Positions 28,941 through 43,521 are shown, counted from the stretch's first letter. The stretch is 64,000 nt of DNA from Eledone cirrhosa (GCA_964016885.1 OZ024750.1:3286001-3350000), one strand, 5' to 3'. Translations and numbers: made by a program. The notes: generated by a model not told the origin, from the sequence alone.

Positions 28941-29107
28941 GGATGGAGCTATTTCTGGACTAAATTAGTCCAGAAATAGCCATCGAAACGGCTTCAGCTC
29001 TGCTGTCGGGGTCTTGAACATTTTCCTATTTCCCACTCTACTACCCTAAGTATTGAGTACTCTGGTGTGTTATGGTCCACCTGGTTCATTACTACACTTC
29101 CTTCATT
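28941..29107 (+). mobile_element. PLE-like terminal fragment inside (TA)n, same family as 53741-53951
   Basis: Hairpin GCTATTTCTGGACTA-AAT-TAGTCCAGAAATAGC, then CATC-GAAAC, then ACTCTACTACCCTAAGTATTGAGTACT. Confidence 0.7.
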
Positions 29108-30357
29108 ATATATATAGTGGAGGCGCCACGGTAAAAAAAGCACCCAGCACTCACTGTAAAATGAGGTTGGTGTTAGGAAGGGCATCCAGCTGTAGAAATC
29201 AAGCCAGAATCAGTTCCCGTCCCACCCTTGCAAGCAGGGAAAAGTGGACGTAAAATGAAATGAAATGAATGAATGAATATATATCAATCTCTATTTCTCT
29301 CTCTCTCTCCGTCATTAACCTGGTTAACTTTAATCTAAGGGATTAGTCAAAACAACTAATTCAATTAAGATTCTGCTCAGGCTGGTTCTGTCTTTAGCAA
29401 CCTCCATTATTCTTGTTCACTCACAACATCTACATCTTTACATCACTCTACCAATAAACATTTGATGCTATAATGTGGAGCCACCCACACTTAAATCTTC
29501 TAAAATAAGGGCAGTCACAGTAAACAGTTCTTATCTTATCTTTATACTATATTCTCTCTTTTATTGCTCAAATATACATCATATAAACTTCAACGTTCTT
29601 TAATAGAGACGGCTTTTCTTTTCCTCGTTAGAATGTGTGTGTGTGTGTATATATGTATATATATATATTATTCGATTTTTACCTACATATATACATATAT
29701 ATTAATCATATTATACATATATATATATATATATATTTATCATTATATACATATATATATTAATCATATTATACATATAAAAAAATGTTTATATTAATCA
29801 TATTATACATATATATATTAATCATATTATACAAAAATATATATATTATACATGTATAAACATATATATTATCCATATTATACATACATATATCATACAT
29901 GTAATGTATGTATGTGTATATTCTTTCGAGATTTAAAATCTTTATATAAAATATTCTAAATATCACCACCATGTTAATATATTTACTATCAATAATGTTT
30001 CTAAGTTAGGAGAGGATCAAATTCTTTATAAGAGAATCAGTAAAAGTTCATTTCAAATCTGCTACCAATTCATTACTGCAAGCTGTTCCATATCTAGAGA
30101 ATTATTATTTCAAAGTATCTTTTGCTACCAATGAAAAATATTGAAAGAAAATTATAAAAATATCAGCATTTTCTCAAAATAAATTGGAAATTTTAATTTA
30201 TACATTAAAAATGTTATAATATTCACAGTAATTAAATACAGCAGACAGCTTCTGATTGATTTTAACAAATTAACAAAATATTATTGGTTCCTAATATACA
30301 ATATGAACTAAGTAAATGTTATTTGGAATATTTTAACAATATAAGCAGGGTATAGCC

Positions 30358-30617
30358 ATCATCATCATCGTTTAACGTCCATGTTCCACGCTTGCATGGG
30401 TTTGGACGGGAGTTTTCCCACTTGAGGCAAGAGTGGTTGTCTTGCTCGCATAGGACTGTCTGGCGGGTTTTCTACAGCTGGATGCCCTTCCTAACACCAA
30501 CCACATTTACAGTGTGGGGCTGGGAGGTTTTTACCGTGTTGCCTACACGGCCACATTACAGCGTGGACTGTGTGTTTTTTTGTCGTGACACCTACACGAT
30601 CTCATTTGTTTCGGCCT
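30358..30617 (-). mobile_element. SINE family B 3' part
   Basis: Matches 27805-28100. Confidence 0.85.
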
Positions 30618-30784
30618 AGTATATAATATAATATATATATTATGGAAAAAGAAAGCATGCTTGTCACAGATTTCAACTGTGTATGAAACCTTCAACAGGC
30701 TGAAGAAATTAATTTTAGATTTGAAAATGCAACAGTTGCAGGAAAAAGAATTTATAGAGGAATTGATACCTGATAAATGTCATT

Positions 30785-31117
30785 GAAAGGCAGCAAATTT
30801 ATAGAGTTGTTCGAATATTGAATAGAGTGCTTTGTGGTATTTGTTTGAGCTCTTTGGGCTCTGAGTTCAAATCCTACCAAGGTCAACTTTGCTTTACATC
30901 CATTCGAAGTCAATAAAAAAAAGTACCAGTCAAGTACTGGGTCAATTCTTCCTCTATTTCTTACTTCCATTCTCTCACTCTCTCTATCCTTCTATGGAAC
31001 AAATCTGCTGTCTTCAGACCTGGAGAGGAGATGGGCTCTACCAGGTTTAAAAATGCCCTGGAAACCCACTATGTCAATACGGCACCTTTATGACTCCCTT
31101 GGGAGTTACGGGACCAT
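30785..31117 (+). mobile_element. Nin-type SINE with alternative 3' extension
   Basis: Family A head and core, then (CT)n and GATGGGCTCTACCAGGTTTAAAAATGCCC...GGAGTTACGGGACCAT. The same tail occurs at 2420-2515, 32665-32783, 33935-34060(-) and 42850-42970(-). Confidence 0.7.
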
Positions 31118-32049
31118 TAATTGTCATTGAATCTGTAGCAGTGAAGATATCTAGTATTTTTGGTCCCCCAGATCACCTCTTTATTCCTTGCTATCGAGGT
31201 AGAGTTGATCAGCCACAGGAGTCAGCACCGTCAGTTAGAATGGCTATTTCAAGGCCTCTCACTATCCACCAGGGTAATGCTGTGATCATGAAGTGATTTA
31301 TATCAGGGACTCTGTATGCCATAAAACAGGGTTCCCCAAACCTTCTCAAACATGGAACCCTTTTTGGTTCAGAAACTTTTGGGGGAACCCCAAAATCTAA
31401 TATTGTTATATGGTCGTAATATAAATATACTCCTCTACCTTTTTTTACAGAATCCCAGACTTTGAGAGCGTCTGACAGAGCATCCTCACGCACTTGTCTG
31501 GGCTCAGAGGAGGCAATGTTTGTAGTATTTGTAATCTGTTAGAATTATTTACAAGTATCTCTATCTATCTATCGTTCTATCTATCTATCTATCTATCGTT
31601 CTATCTATCTATCTATCCATCCATTTATTTAACTTGAAAATTAAAAAAAATAAATGACATCTAATTGAAAATTTCACTTCAAAACATCAAGTACTCAAAT
31701 TTAGATTATAACATTTTCTATAAAATTGGCCTTTTTTGTTGTTGTTGTTATTGTTTTGTTTTTTTTTCAATATTATTCAATAACATTTGCATTTCAGTTA
31801 TGCAATTAATATCGGCAAACCAAGAAAGTTATTAAAGTTTTTAAATCGAAATACAATTATCAAATTAAAATTAACACATTTAATGCAGGGAGAATAAAAT
31901 GCTATCTAGAAATGATAATGGGGGAGAAAAATAACAAATAAAGACACAAGTAAATGTGGTTAAGGTGTTTGTTTCACAACAATATAGTTTGGGCTTCAAT
32001 CTCACTGCTTAACACCTTGGGAAAATGTTTTCTTGGGTTGACCAATACA

Positions 32050-32290
32050 TTACTAATTCTTCCTTGTGTAGGGCCCCACAAAAGAACTTCACTAACAATT
32101 TCATCTTTAACTCTCCAACAATGCCCTGCAAATCTGACCACGCTCTTTGATATTTGATACTAGACGAAGGTTCCCATACAGTCGCTCATTGGTCAGATGA
32201 TCTCTCCAAGTGACATATATAAATCCACTCTTTAGCATGTGAGTGTAGGCTCCATCTAATCTTCTTTCTAAGGGTCCATGATGAACAAGA
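32050..32290 (-). mobile_element. RTE-like LINE fragment
   Basis: Translates as LERRLDGAYTHML...TWRDHLTNERLYGNL...FAGHCWR...EVLLWGP with frameshifts. Confidence 0.7.
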
Positions 32291-33328
32291 GAATTTAATC
32301 GTGACAGAGAGTCAAGAGAATCAGTGCAACCTATTGATATGCACAAACATACTGACAGTAATACATTAGTTGAAATCTTAAAATGAATTTGTAGTTTGTC
32401 TGAGATAGGAATCATTTAACTAATGAACAAGTTGGCAGTGAATTAGTAGAGTCATTAGAATGTTGGATAGAATGCTTTGTGGTATTCATTCCAGCTCTCC
32501 GAGTTCAAATCCCACTGACATCAACTTTGCTTTTCATCCTTTTAAGGCCAATAAAAAAAGTGCCAGTCTAGTAATGGGGTTGAATTCTCATCTATGTCTC
32601 TTTCTCACACACACCCCCCCCCCCCCACCCCCACCTCTCTCTCTCTATATATATCCTTCTCTGGAAGAAATCAGTTGTGTTCAGACTTAGAGAGAAGATT
32701 GGGCTCTGCCAGACTTAAAATGCCCCGGAGACTCCGTATGTTACTACGGTTCCACTTCGACTCCATCAGGAGTTACAGGACCATAACAATGGATAAATCG
32801 TATAAACTTTTCATATGGAAATGTTTGAAAAGGATTTAGTTAATAATTTTAATTCTCTCTCTTCTGATTCCTTTCAATTAACACCAACCATGTTCTCAAA
32901 TATATTCAATATGATTAATTGATAGATTGATTGAGTATATACTTGCAGTCAGAAATTGTGAATTTAAACCTTTCTCAACATGCCCCCAATTCAAATATAC
33001 AAGATTTTCTTTATTAAAACTAACTTGTCTGAAAACAAAAAAAAAATTTAATTCATAATTTCTGTAATTCTTTATTAATTACATCTACATAGATACTACT
33101 AATTCTCTACTTTTATATCTGTAATATAATACACTATTTCTACTTCAGATTTTATTCACAGGCCTTGTCCTCTAGTATCTATAACTACTTAACCTTCCAC
33201 TTTCATTAATGAAAATGTTTAACATATCCACTAAGAAATGGTAAACAGGAAGAACCTTAGCATCAATTTCCATAGATGTGTTCCATGAATTTCTTCCAAA
33301 AATTTCTGGCCTTGTACTTAAATCAGAT

Positions 33329-33506
33329 GGCAGTATCGGTAGAGGGTCGGACACCATGCTTTCCAGCATAGTTACATCCCTTTACGGTCCGAGTTCAAAT
33401 CCCGTCAAGGTTAACTTTGCCTTTCATCCTTACGGGGGTCGATAAAATAAAGTACCAGTAATGTACTGGGTATTTGCTGGCCTTGTGCCAAAAGTAGAAA
33501 CAATTA
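33329..33506 (+). mobile_element. Nin-type SINE family A (short subfamily)
   Basis: Near-identical to 40359-40537, 50529-50716(-) and 51716-51900(-). Confidence 0.85.
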
Positions 33507-34932
33507 TATTTATTGAGCACTTGTGAGCTCTCATTTATCAAAAACTAGAAAAATATAATCTAGTTTTCTGCTCTATAATACCCACTGGTGTAGGCAGGGT
33601 GTGCGATGGGATTACACTCCAGATTTGGGTGGGTTGTAATATTTCCTGTGGGTTATCACACCTGTTAATTAAGGTGGGGGGCATCAAAAGTGTATTTACC
33701 TCAAGGTGGTGAGAGCTCTTGCTATGCTAATGATAACATGAAAAGTAATTTTCTGATCTTTTGCATCAAATATCTTATTTGGCCACTGGCATTCTAGATA
33801 GCATTCATAAAATTAATAAATCTTTACACACACTTTAGCTTTATGAAAGAATGTTAATACCCTCAATTAATGAGGATCTTCCCAGATAGAAGGATGGCGA
33901 TATCATTATATATCTTAGCAGTTATTGGTATGGTATGGTCCCGTAACTCCCGATAGAGAGTCATAGGGGCGCCATATTGACATATGGCACTTCCAGGGCA
34001 TTTTAAACCTGGTGGAGCCCATCCCTCTCTAGGCCTGAGTATAGCAGATTTCTTACAGAGAAAGATAGAGAATGAGAGAGAGAGATATAGAGGAAGAATC
34101 AACCCCAGTACTAGACTGGTACATTTTTATTGACCTCAGATAGATGAAAGGCAAAGTTGACCTCTGGCGGGATTTGAACTCAGAGAGCAGAGAACCACAA
34201 TGAACACCATGGAACATTCTATCCGACATTCTAATAACTCTGCTAATTCACCGCCCTAACACAGTTATTACAGAGCTTAAAATATTTAAAGCAGTGTACA
34301 GAATAGAACGAGGAAGTTCCACAGGACTTCAGAACTAAGAACTAAATGATTGCTAGGAGAGAATCTTCAGGTAAAAATGAGGAACAGGAACAGGAAGAGA
34401 AACATAGATGCAATGAATGTGTTTGGAACAAAATGGACAGCAACCAGAAAGTTATGAAGAATAACAATAAAAGACATTGAGAAGATACTTATATTTTGGT
34501 TATGTTCTTTAGTCAAATGTCCCAAAGGAACATTAGATAATCCTATGTCAAGTATTAAACCTTTAGTTACCAAACCAGCCAAAACCGGCTCAGACTCTAT
34601 GAAATAAAATCACCTATTTTAAAGGTTAAATAAGACAAACACTTTTAATAAGAACTACCGGAAATCTCTGCCAGTGTATTTCGTTAGAAATGCAGTCATG
34701 AAATGGTTAAAATAAACGGTAGATAACAGTAAGTCTAGCTTTGATATAATGTTTCTTTAATAATAATTAGTAATTCAACATAATTTTCTACAACATCAAA
34801 TAGGTTAATGTCACATGAAGTAATCAAGAAAATCTATTTGTTACACGATGACAATACAAATAAGGTAGAATCTTCATCAAACGATATTGATATATGCATT
34901 AGTGTAATTTTAATCATGGAAAGATATAGATA

Positions 34933-35123
34933 TACGAGGGTTAGCTAAAAGCTTCATAGGCTGGCTATAAAGGAGTGATGCTAGAGCTGTGAAATCTTGC
35001 ATGAATTTCAACTCATTAATAACTGCATTGTTTCTTTCCAGGGACTATGTTGAAAAATAAACCTCATTTGGTCATTCCATGAGAGTATCTTGGTCAGCCT
35101 ATGAACATTTCAGCCAACCCTCA
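34933..35123. mobile_element. Tc1/mariner-type MITE
   Basis: TA-CGAGGGTTAGCT...CATAGGCTG and CAGCCTATG...CAGCCAACCCTC inverted ends. Confidence 0.75.
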
Positions 35124-35798
35124 AATATATGCTGTAATGTAATTCTAATCAGAAAAATACCGATATATGTATTGATGAGATTATAATTATAGAAAGATAT
35201 AGATTTATGTATTGATGAGATTCTAATCATATTGATATATCTATAGTATCATCTTGTAGTATATGTCATTGAATTCAAAGGTGGTAAATTGTTAGAATCG
35301 GATTGAACATGCTTTGCTATTTGTTCCAGTTAAGTATAATCTGAGTTCAAATCCCACTGAGGTGTTCTTTGCCTTTCATCCTTTTGAAAGGTTGATAAAT
35401 AAAATTTACCAGTTCAGTACTTTAGCATTCACATTACTCTATATTTACTATTGTATTTTAACTTTAAAAGCTTTATTTCACATAATTATCTCACATAATA
35501 TCGAATGTACAAGATTTTGATATTATTTATTTTGAGAACAATACCTTAACATCAGTATAACTGGCCAGTTACAACCGGTTTGAACAAAAAAAGGTGAGAG
35601 GATTCTGGTCAGATATGGCCGGTTTAAATGCTAAAGGGTTAATTCTTTCTCACTGTCGAAGAAATTGGCCGTATTGCAAAAAGAAAGTAGAATCTGAAAC
35701 ACACAGACAAATATGTTTTCACGGGATCGCATTTGACCACAGACAAAATAATTGACCAAAATCTCAAGACCCACAAGAAGAAATGCAAGACATTGCTA

Positions 35799-35879
35799 TA
35801 CAGGGTGTCCCCAAAAAACGTATACACAATTACTAGAATGATGCTGAAGTGTGAATACATTTTTGGGGAACAGCCTGTA
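35799..35879. mobile_element. About 80-bp Tc1-type micro-MITE
   Basis: TA-CAGGGTGTCCCCAAAAA...TTTTTGGGGAACAGCCTG-TA. Reverse copy at 47138-47213. Confidence 0.75.
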
Positions 35880-37111
35880 TTCATTATGTATTACTAATAT
35901 GATGTAAACATCCATAAAAAGTTGATTTACTCAAATTGTTAGACAACAAAGAAAATGAAGATCATTTGAAATGTTCAATTGTTCGACTGAATGGAAAGTA
36001 AAAATGTTCCGATAATATTTAATCCCAACAATAAAATATTCAAAAGAAAGACAACATTAAAGAGAATGAGAAGAAATGATGAATGTTAAAGTTGCTCCAT
36101 TTTCTCCTGGAAGATCTTTTAATCCATTGATCAAACCGCTTAAAATTATACATACATACACATATTTACATACACATACATAATTACATACATATATATA
36201 CACATATACATACATATTTACAGACATATACATCCACATATACATACACATACATATACATATATACATACACATATATATATATACACATATACATATT
36301 TACATACATATATATATACACATATACATCCACATACATATATACATACACATATATACACATGTATACTCTGGTGAGTAATGGTCTAATCAGTTTCTTA
36401 CTGTATCCATCTATATATATATATACACACACATACATATATATATATACACACACATACATATATATATATACACATATATATATGGATTCAGTAAAAG
36501 TCTTCCCCTGTATTACTGAACTAAAAGCCTGTTGAAAAAGCAAATTCCTTGTTCATCATCTTACCAGAAGCCGGACATTTTTTATGTAGGCGGACGGTAC
36601 CTGATTTCGGAGTCGCAGAAACCCAAATGCTGGATTTTACCACCTTTCCAGGGGGTCCGGGTAAATTTTTCAATCATGTATAATTCTATTTGTTTGACCT
36701 GAATTACTTGATCGTATTTTTTGGCTGTGCGAATGATTGTTTAAGCATCATCTCAGTGTGTTTGGTATTAAACGTTAGTGAAAGCTCTGGTTCATCCGAA
36801 CTATTGAGCACTTTGCCGCACATTTCGGAGATTGTTTTTCGTTATTTCGTGGGCCGAAGTTTCGATTCTCGATAATTTTATTTGTATATATATATATATA
36901 TATAAACATACACATTCACACACATATATATATACATACACATACACACATATATATATACATACACATACACACATATATATATACATACACATACATA
37001 CACGTATATATATACACATATATATATATATATACATGCATATACATATATATATACTAACATACACATACATACATACACATACATACATATACATATA
37101 TATACAAATGC

Positions 37112-37560
37112 CTGCATACGAACAGCAATGTTGCATGGCAGTGAAACCTGGGCATTGTGTGCAGATGATATACGCAGACTGGAGAGGAACGAAGCTTGCA
37201 TGCTCCGCTGGATGTGTAATAGTAATATACGTGAACGGCAAAGCATAAACGAACTAAGGGAAAAATTAGAAATAAGAGGGATCAGATGTTGTTTACTCAA
37301 GAGAAGACTACGTTGGTATGGTCACATGATGCGCATGAAAGACGACAGCTGTATAAAAAAGTGCAGGGCGATAAAAATAAACGGTAGCCACGGAGTAGGC
37401 AGACCCAGAAAAACCTGGGACGACTTGCTAAATTCCGACCTCACACACTTACACCTCTCCAAGACAATATCACTGGACCGAGATCTTTGGCGCTACGCAG
37501 TAATACAGAAGACCCACCTTGCCTAAGTACAAAGCGAAACCTACAGTCAGTAGGCACCTC
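37112..37560 (+). mobile_element. RTE-clade LINE 3' end with uninterrupted 132-aa C-terminal ORF
   Basis: ORF 37128-37526 MLHGSETWAL...RRLRWYGHMMRM...GRPRKTWDDL...DRDLWRYAV, a hallmark RTE C-terminus. 5'-truncated. Confidence 0.9.
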
Positions 37561-37601
37561 TAACAAAATACACCCCGGCCCCACTACCCCCACCCCTTCC
37601 A

Positions 37602-37888
37602 ATGTAAAGTTATGTTGGCACCACAACATCCAGTCCGAAACAAATGAGGGCGTGTAGGTGTCACGACAAAAAACAAACAGACCACGCTGTAATTTGGCCG
37701 TGTAGGTAACACGGTAAAAACCTCCCAGTCCCACACTGTAAACGTGGTTGGTGTTAGGAAGGGCATCCAGCCGTAGAAAACCCGCCAGACAGTCCTGAGC
37801 AAGACAACCAATCTTGCCTCAAGTGGAAAAATTCCCGTCCAAACCCATGCTAGCGTGGAAGATGGACGTTAAACGATGATGATGATGA
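37602..37888 (+). mobile_element. SINE family B
   Basis: Reverse complement of the 3696-type copies. Ends GGACGTTAAAC(GAT)n. Confidence 0.85.
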
Positions 37889-37915
37889 TACAAACATATA
37901 CATATACACACATAT

Positions 37916-37955
<40 letters not shown>

Positions 37956-39482
37956 ATAGATGCACATAACTCTTTTCTGTAAACTTTGTTTCTATTGCTT
38001 AACAGAAATTATTCTGACTTTCACCAAAACAAGTTTACATCATTCTATCGCGTATGACATTTAATACCGGAGCCTATTACATTAAGATAGGCGTTACAAT
38101 CATTTCTAAGGTGTTTCTAATGAATCTCATCATCAGGGATCATATATGAAAATGCCATAATAGTGTCATGATAACATAACACTATTAATCCTTAAATATT
38201 TCACTCTTTCATGACTATATTTGTAAGTTAACTATTGTAGTTAATGGACAGTTTTGAGGGATTTACTAACATTATTTCATTATGAATAATTATTATTTAT
38301 TATTTCATTAATTAATTAACTTATAATTCTTATATAAAACTATGTTGGAAGAGTTTAATTTAAATAGCAACCCTTTAGAATGAGCGATTTTGTTTCATAG
38401 AATCATGGGCAGTTTTGAACAGGTTCATATCTAAATAGAACCCTTTAAAATGGATGGTTTTATTTCATAGAATCATGGGCAGTTTTGGACGGGTTCATAT
38501 CAAAACACCCAAGAAACTTTGTATGAGATACCTCATGGGAGGCTGGTTAAACCATTGAGATACAAACGATAACAATAGCCACTACCTGGATGATGATCTT
38601 GCTCCATCTACAGAACCAATTAAAGACCTGCAGCAAGTTTTCCTTAAGGAATGACAATCTATTGTTGTTATTAAAGAATTAAGGTATATTTTCCATCTAG
38701 TGTTGCCATTTCATTTAAGTCTTTAGCATATTTAAACCAGCTGTATCTGGGGAGAATTTTCCCCCCTTTTCGAAACTGGCCATAACCATCAGCTTACACC
38801 TACGTTAAGATAGTGTTCTTAAAATAAAGAATAACATCTTCAAAATCTCGTACACTCAAAATTATGCGAGATAAAACCTTTACCGTGAAAATACAATAGT
38901 ATATATAGAATAATGTAAACGGTAAAGGGTTAACAGTGAGATTTCTTTGCTTTCAGACTTTTCCTTTCATACACCTCGTATATTTTCTAATTTTCTTGTC
39001 TTTTACCTGAAGCTGCAACCCTCTAATCTATGAAAGGAAATCTATCAAATATTTGCATAGCTTGCTAGATGTAGTTGATAGTCTCTGTTACACATGTGAC
39101 CTAATTACTGCTGGAGATAGTTATAATGAAAGTATTGTTGTGATGAAAACATTTCGAGATGTTATCTACCTCTTAAGGACCTAGTTTCTTTGTGCATGCA
39201 GCAAAAAGCTGGCTGTTGTGTAGGACAACATAACAGGAGAATGTGGACATTTAATATAGAACTACAGAACCTAGATAAAAATGAGTTAAGTGTGTAGCAT
39301 TAGCTTGATTGAAAGGTAGAGTGTAAGTGATTGGATATCAAAGGTATTAGGGCCATAAGCTGAGAGTGGATTGTACGAGCAGAGGATACATTAAAAGGAT
39401 GTAGTGCTGGGTGTCAAGCATGAGAAGAAAGTACATCACTTAAAGTGTGATATACAGACATGTCCAACTCATGCCATCATTG

Positions 39483-39880
39483 TTACGGCCTTTTACATTC
39501 CAAGTTCAAATCCCACCGAGGTTAGCTTTGCCTTTCATCCTTACGGAGTTGATAAAATAAAGTATCAGTAATGAACTGGGGTCGATTTAATTGACTTTTC
39601 TGTCCTCAAAAGCTGTTGGTCTTGTGCCTAAATCAGAAACCATTGTATATAACTAGTTAGAGCGGTGGATCAGTAGAATCGGTAGAGCATCGGACAACAT
39701 GCTTTGCAGCATAGAGTTACATCCTTTTACGTTCTGAGTTCAAATCCCCTTGAGGTTAGCTTTGCTTTTCATCGTTACTGGTTCAATAAAATAAAGTACC
39801 AGTAACACACTGGGGTCGATTTAATCAACTTTCCTCTCTACCAAAATTATAGGCCTTGTGCCTAAATCAGAATCCATTAT
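39483..39880 (+). mobile_element. Two tandem Nin-type SINEs
   Basis: B-box, Nin core and CCTTGTGCCTAAATCAGAA-type tails at 39483-39643 and 39662-39880. Confidence 0.85.
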
Positions 39881-40358
39881 TTAAACAATGCCTTTATACA
39901 CCAAACAAGTATATAAAGCAATAAACAGTATTCTGCCATGTTAAATCTGGCAAGAGATTATTACCTTCAACCAACCATCAGCTGTTTTCAGATCTATGTC
40001 TTTTGCTCAATAGACTACATTAACATTTCTGAAGCAGCTGCTACCTTTTATTACACCATAATGTTAGGTCAGCTGTTACTTTATGGCAGATTCTCCTCAC
40101 ACTTTAGAAACTATATTCCTTTTCTCTGTATACTAACACTTGTATATAAGTTATACTTTTCATATTTTGCCTATAAAAAAGAACGCTATCACTTTAAACC
40201 TTAACTTCAGACATCAACTTTCTTTAATTGGAACATACGTCCATATGATTGTGAGATAAACACCCTACTTGCTCTCACTACTTTATTGGAAATGTTGACA
40301 ATTTATTTTTTATGAAATTGAATGTTTTAGTTTTTTTCAAAATATCAAATAAATTCAA

Positions 40359-40777
40359 GGCAGTATCGGTAGAGGGTTGGACGCCATGCTTTCTAGCATA
40401 GTTACGTCCCTTTACAGTCTGTGTTCAAATCCCGCCGAGGTTAACTTTGCCTTTCATCCTTACGGGGTCGATAAAATAAAGTACCAGTAATGTACTGGAT
40501 AATTGCTGGCCTTGTGCCAAAAGTAGAAACAATTATTTTCTGAAAGTTCCTTAAACCCCGAGGAAGGGACTTTTAAACCGGCCATATCTGGCCAGAATTC
40601 TCTCACCTCTTTCTGTTCAAACCAGCCATAACTAACTGGCCACTCATACTAATGTTAAGGTATTCTTCTTAAAATAAATAATATCAAAATCTCATAGATT
40701 TGATATTATGTGAGATGAAGTGTTTACCATGAAAATACAATAGAAAATATAGAGTAATGGAAATGCTAAAGGGTTAA
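40359..40777 (+). mobile_element. Nin-type SINE (40359-40537) adjacent to a piggyBac-like MITE (40551-40777)
   Basis: SINE core, then the MITE body shared with 1026, ending GCTAAAGGG-TTAA. Confidence 0.8.
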
Positions 40778-41734
40778 ACAATTTCTCATTTATAGTCCTT
40801 TCCTCTACTTCCCCATAAAGCCAGATCTGCCCTTCTTTATGCCTTCCCCCTATTTTCTCATTACTTAATTTTGTTTTTATCTTTCTTTTTCATATTTATC
40901 TAATTTTCAATGGTTTTTAAGCCAACTTTGTGAGTGAAACACATCTATTGAGAAAAAATATTTATTTTACCCCTAAAAAAAAGAAAAAAAAATTCTGCCT
41001 TAATTCTAATTTGAACCAGTAACAAGATTCAAACTTTCCATAATAAAACATCAATTATTATCATCAACATCTCATTTAGATCTAAAGTTAATTTCATAAA
41101 ACGACAAGTGGTTTACTTACACCAGTACTAGAGCTGGTAACAAACTGTAAAATACACATCGGAAGTCATCAACACCAACTAAAGTGTTCATCCACCATCA
41201 CAACACCAACAAGGTAACTGATCATATCTGATCAAATAACCAAAGTGAACCAGAAAGCATTGTACAACCTGTAAACACACCTCAGGAACTCAAGTCAAGT
41301 TTTCTGACCTCTTGCCAACATCTCTAATATCATTAAGATATGTTCTACTTATCTTCATCTACAAATAATTACAGATTCTCCTCCTAAATTCTCCTTCTCT
41401 ATGTTTCAGTGTCATCACCATATATAAAAATTGCTCCAGCCCAACAAAACTCAATCCTACCAGCTTTCTTTCCATCATCATATACAGAGATAACTTCTAG
41501 TCTTTTTCAAACTCTGTAATCTTTCTCTCAGAATCTTTGGAAATATGTTACATTGTCTCCTATCTTCTAAAGCAACAGCCCCTTCCTTTAAACATGCCAG
41601 CAGCATGTCAAAGTTACCGAGGGTCACCATGAACACTGCTCCTCCTACTCTCAGTAACTATACATGTAGAAAGCTTTAAAATCAAAACCTTCTAAAATAT
41701 GAATGACATCATTATTTATCCCCGAGGAACTCTC

Positions 41735-42046
41735 ACACCAACACAACCACTTTACAGTGTGAACTGGGTGCTTTTTGTCATGTCACCAACACAACCACTT
41801 TACAGTGTGAACTGGGTGCTTTTTGTCATGTCACCAACACAACTACTTTACAGAGTGGACTGGGTGCTTTTTGTCATGTCGCCAACACTTCCACTTTACA
41901 GAGTGGACTGGGTGCTTTTTGTCATGTCGCCAACACTTCCACTTTACAGAGTGGACTGGGTGCTTTTTGTCATGTCGCCAACACTTCCACTTTACAGAGT
42001 GGACTGGGTGCTTTTTGTCATGTCGCCAACACAACCACTTTACAGT
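41735..42046. repeat. 48-bp minisatellite, about 6.5 copies
   Basis: CCACTTTACAGAGTGGACTGGGTGCTTTTTGTCATGTCGCCAACACTT units, giving a 16-aa periodic ORF. Confidence 0.95.
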
Positions 42047-43329
42047 AGATCTATCGAAGCTATTCTATCCAGGATTGATACAATCTTTAAAGGTAGAAAA
42101 AAATTATTTGAATATAAAAATCCAAGAAAGAGAATCGACCAAAATGATGTTAATTGTAAATCCTTGAAACTATATTTTTTACCATTTATTGGTTAACTGA
42201 GCTGTTTTATTCTCCATGTTTATCAAGCCACATTCCAATGTGTGCGTGTGCGTGTATGTTTTATTTGTTTCAGTTAATAGACTGTGACCATGCTGGGGCA
42301 ACACCCTCAAGATTTAATCGGTCATAATGACCCAAGTAATGTTTTTTCAAGTCTGGTACTTGTTTTATCGATTCTAAGTTTGTGTGTTTAGACACGTACA
42401 CACACGCACACACACGCACATATGCATACATACACCATGCTATTACTTATAACAAAGAAATTCTATTCTATTGTATATTTAGAAAATTAAGATGAAAAGA
42501 ATGCGTTCGAGTCAACAAAGCCAACAAAATAGTAATTAATTGTACTTATAAATCCCTGCAAATTATTCATCATCATCATCAGCCTTTTATGATCGTTTTC
42601 CCATGCTTGCATATGTTAAAACATAATAGAAACATGGAAAATATATTCAATTGAAATCTTATTTGATTGTTGAATGGAAATAAAACATAGAACGTACACA
42701 TGTGGTATTGTGTTACAATTAAGATATGGTTGATAGAAATATTTCTTAGAATAGGGGCTGGAACTATTGAAAGTGTTATGTCAATACCAGTAACCCTTTT
42801 GATAGCAACCTACCTGAAACCACTCTTGGTTCTATCATATTATCTATGTATGGTCCTTAACTCCTTCCGAAGGAAGCCGTATTTACATATGGCATTTCTA
42901 GGGCATATTTTAAACCTGGCAGAGACTATCTCCTCTCCAGGTTTGAATACAGCAGATTTCTTCCAGAGGAGGAAGTGAGAAAGAGATACAGAGGAAGAAT
43001 CCACCCCAGTACTAGACTGGTAGATTTTTTTATCAAGCTCAAATGGATGAAAGGCAAAGTTGACCATCTCTTGGTAAACTGTAGAATCTAGTGTTGGTAT
43101 ATAAGTTCATATAATATGCCTGTGTGTATATGACAGGCTTCTGTTTACCAAATTCATTAGTCAGCCAGTAGCTATAGTAGAAGATACTAGCCTAAGGTAC
43201 CAGTCAGATAGAACCCAATACCATTCAACTTCTTAACCACATAGCCATCATCATCAATTTTACATCCGTTTTTCCACCTTGCATGAGTTGGACAGCCATA
43301 AATCAATATATATACAGAGAAGTAGAACA

Positions 43330-43521
43330 CTGAAAGGTAATATCCGTAATAGTAGAGCACTCAGTCCATGGGACGAGTTTGGTAGAAGTAGTTACACAAC
43401 AGTTAGTTCACCATACCGAGAACAATTGTTTCACCTTAGCGGATCAGCAGTCCAAGCTGAAAATCCGCTAAGGTGAAACAATTGTTCTCGGTATGGTGAA
43501 CTAACTGTTGTGTTACTACTT
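43330..43521 (-). mobile_element. PLE-like terminal fragment with 59-bp-arm fold-back inside (TA)n
   Basis: Arms at 43386-43444 and 43463-43521. The centre and right arm read CTGAAAA...GAAAC-AATT-GT-T, a degenerate hammerhead with palindromic stem III. Confidence 0.65.

Noticed and set aside
41121-41144. 24-nt microexon candidate FVTSSSTG (also donors at 20750, 2878 and 49353)
   Set aside because: The microexon has a stop in phase 1, and none of these candidates gives a recognisable, phase-consistent product. GTAAGT-type sites are expected by chance in AT-rich introns.
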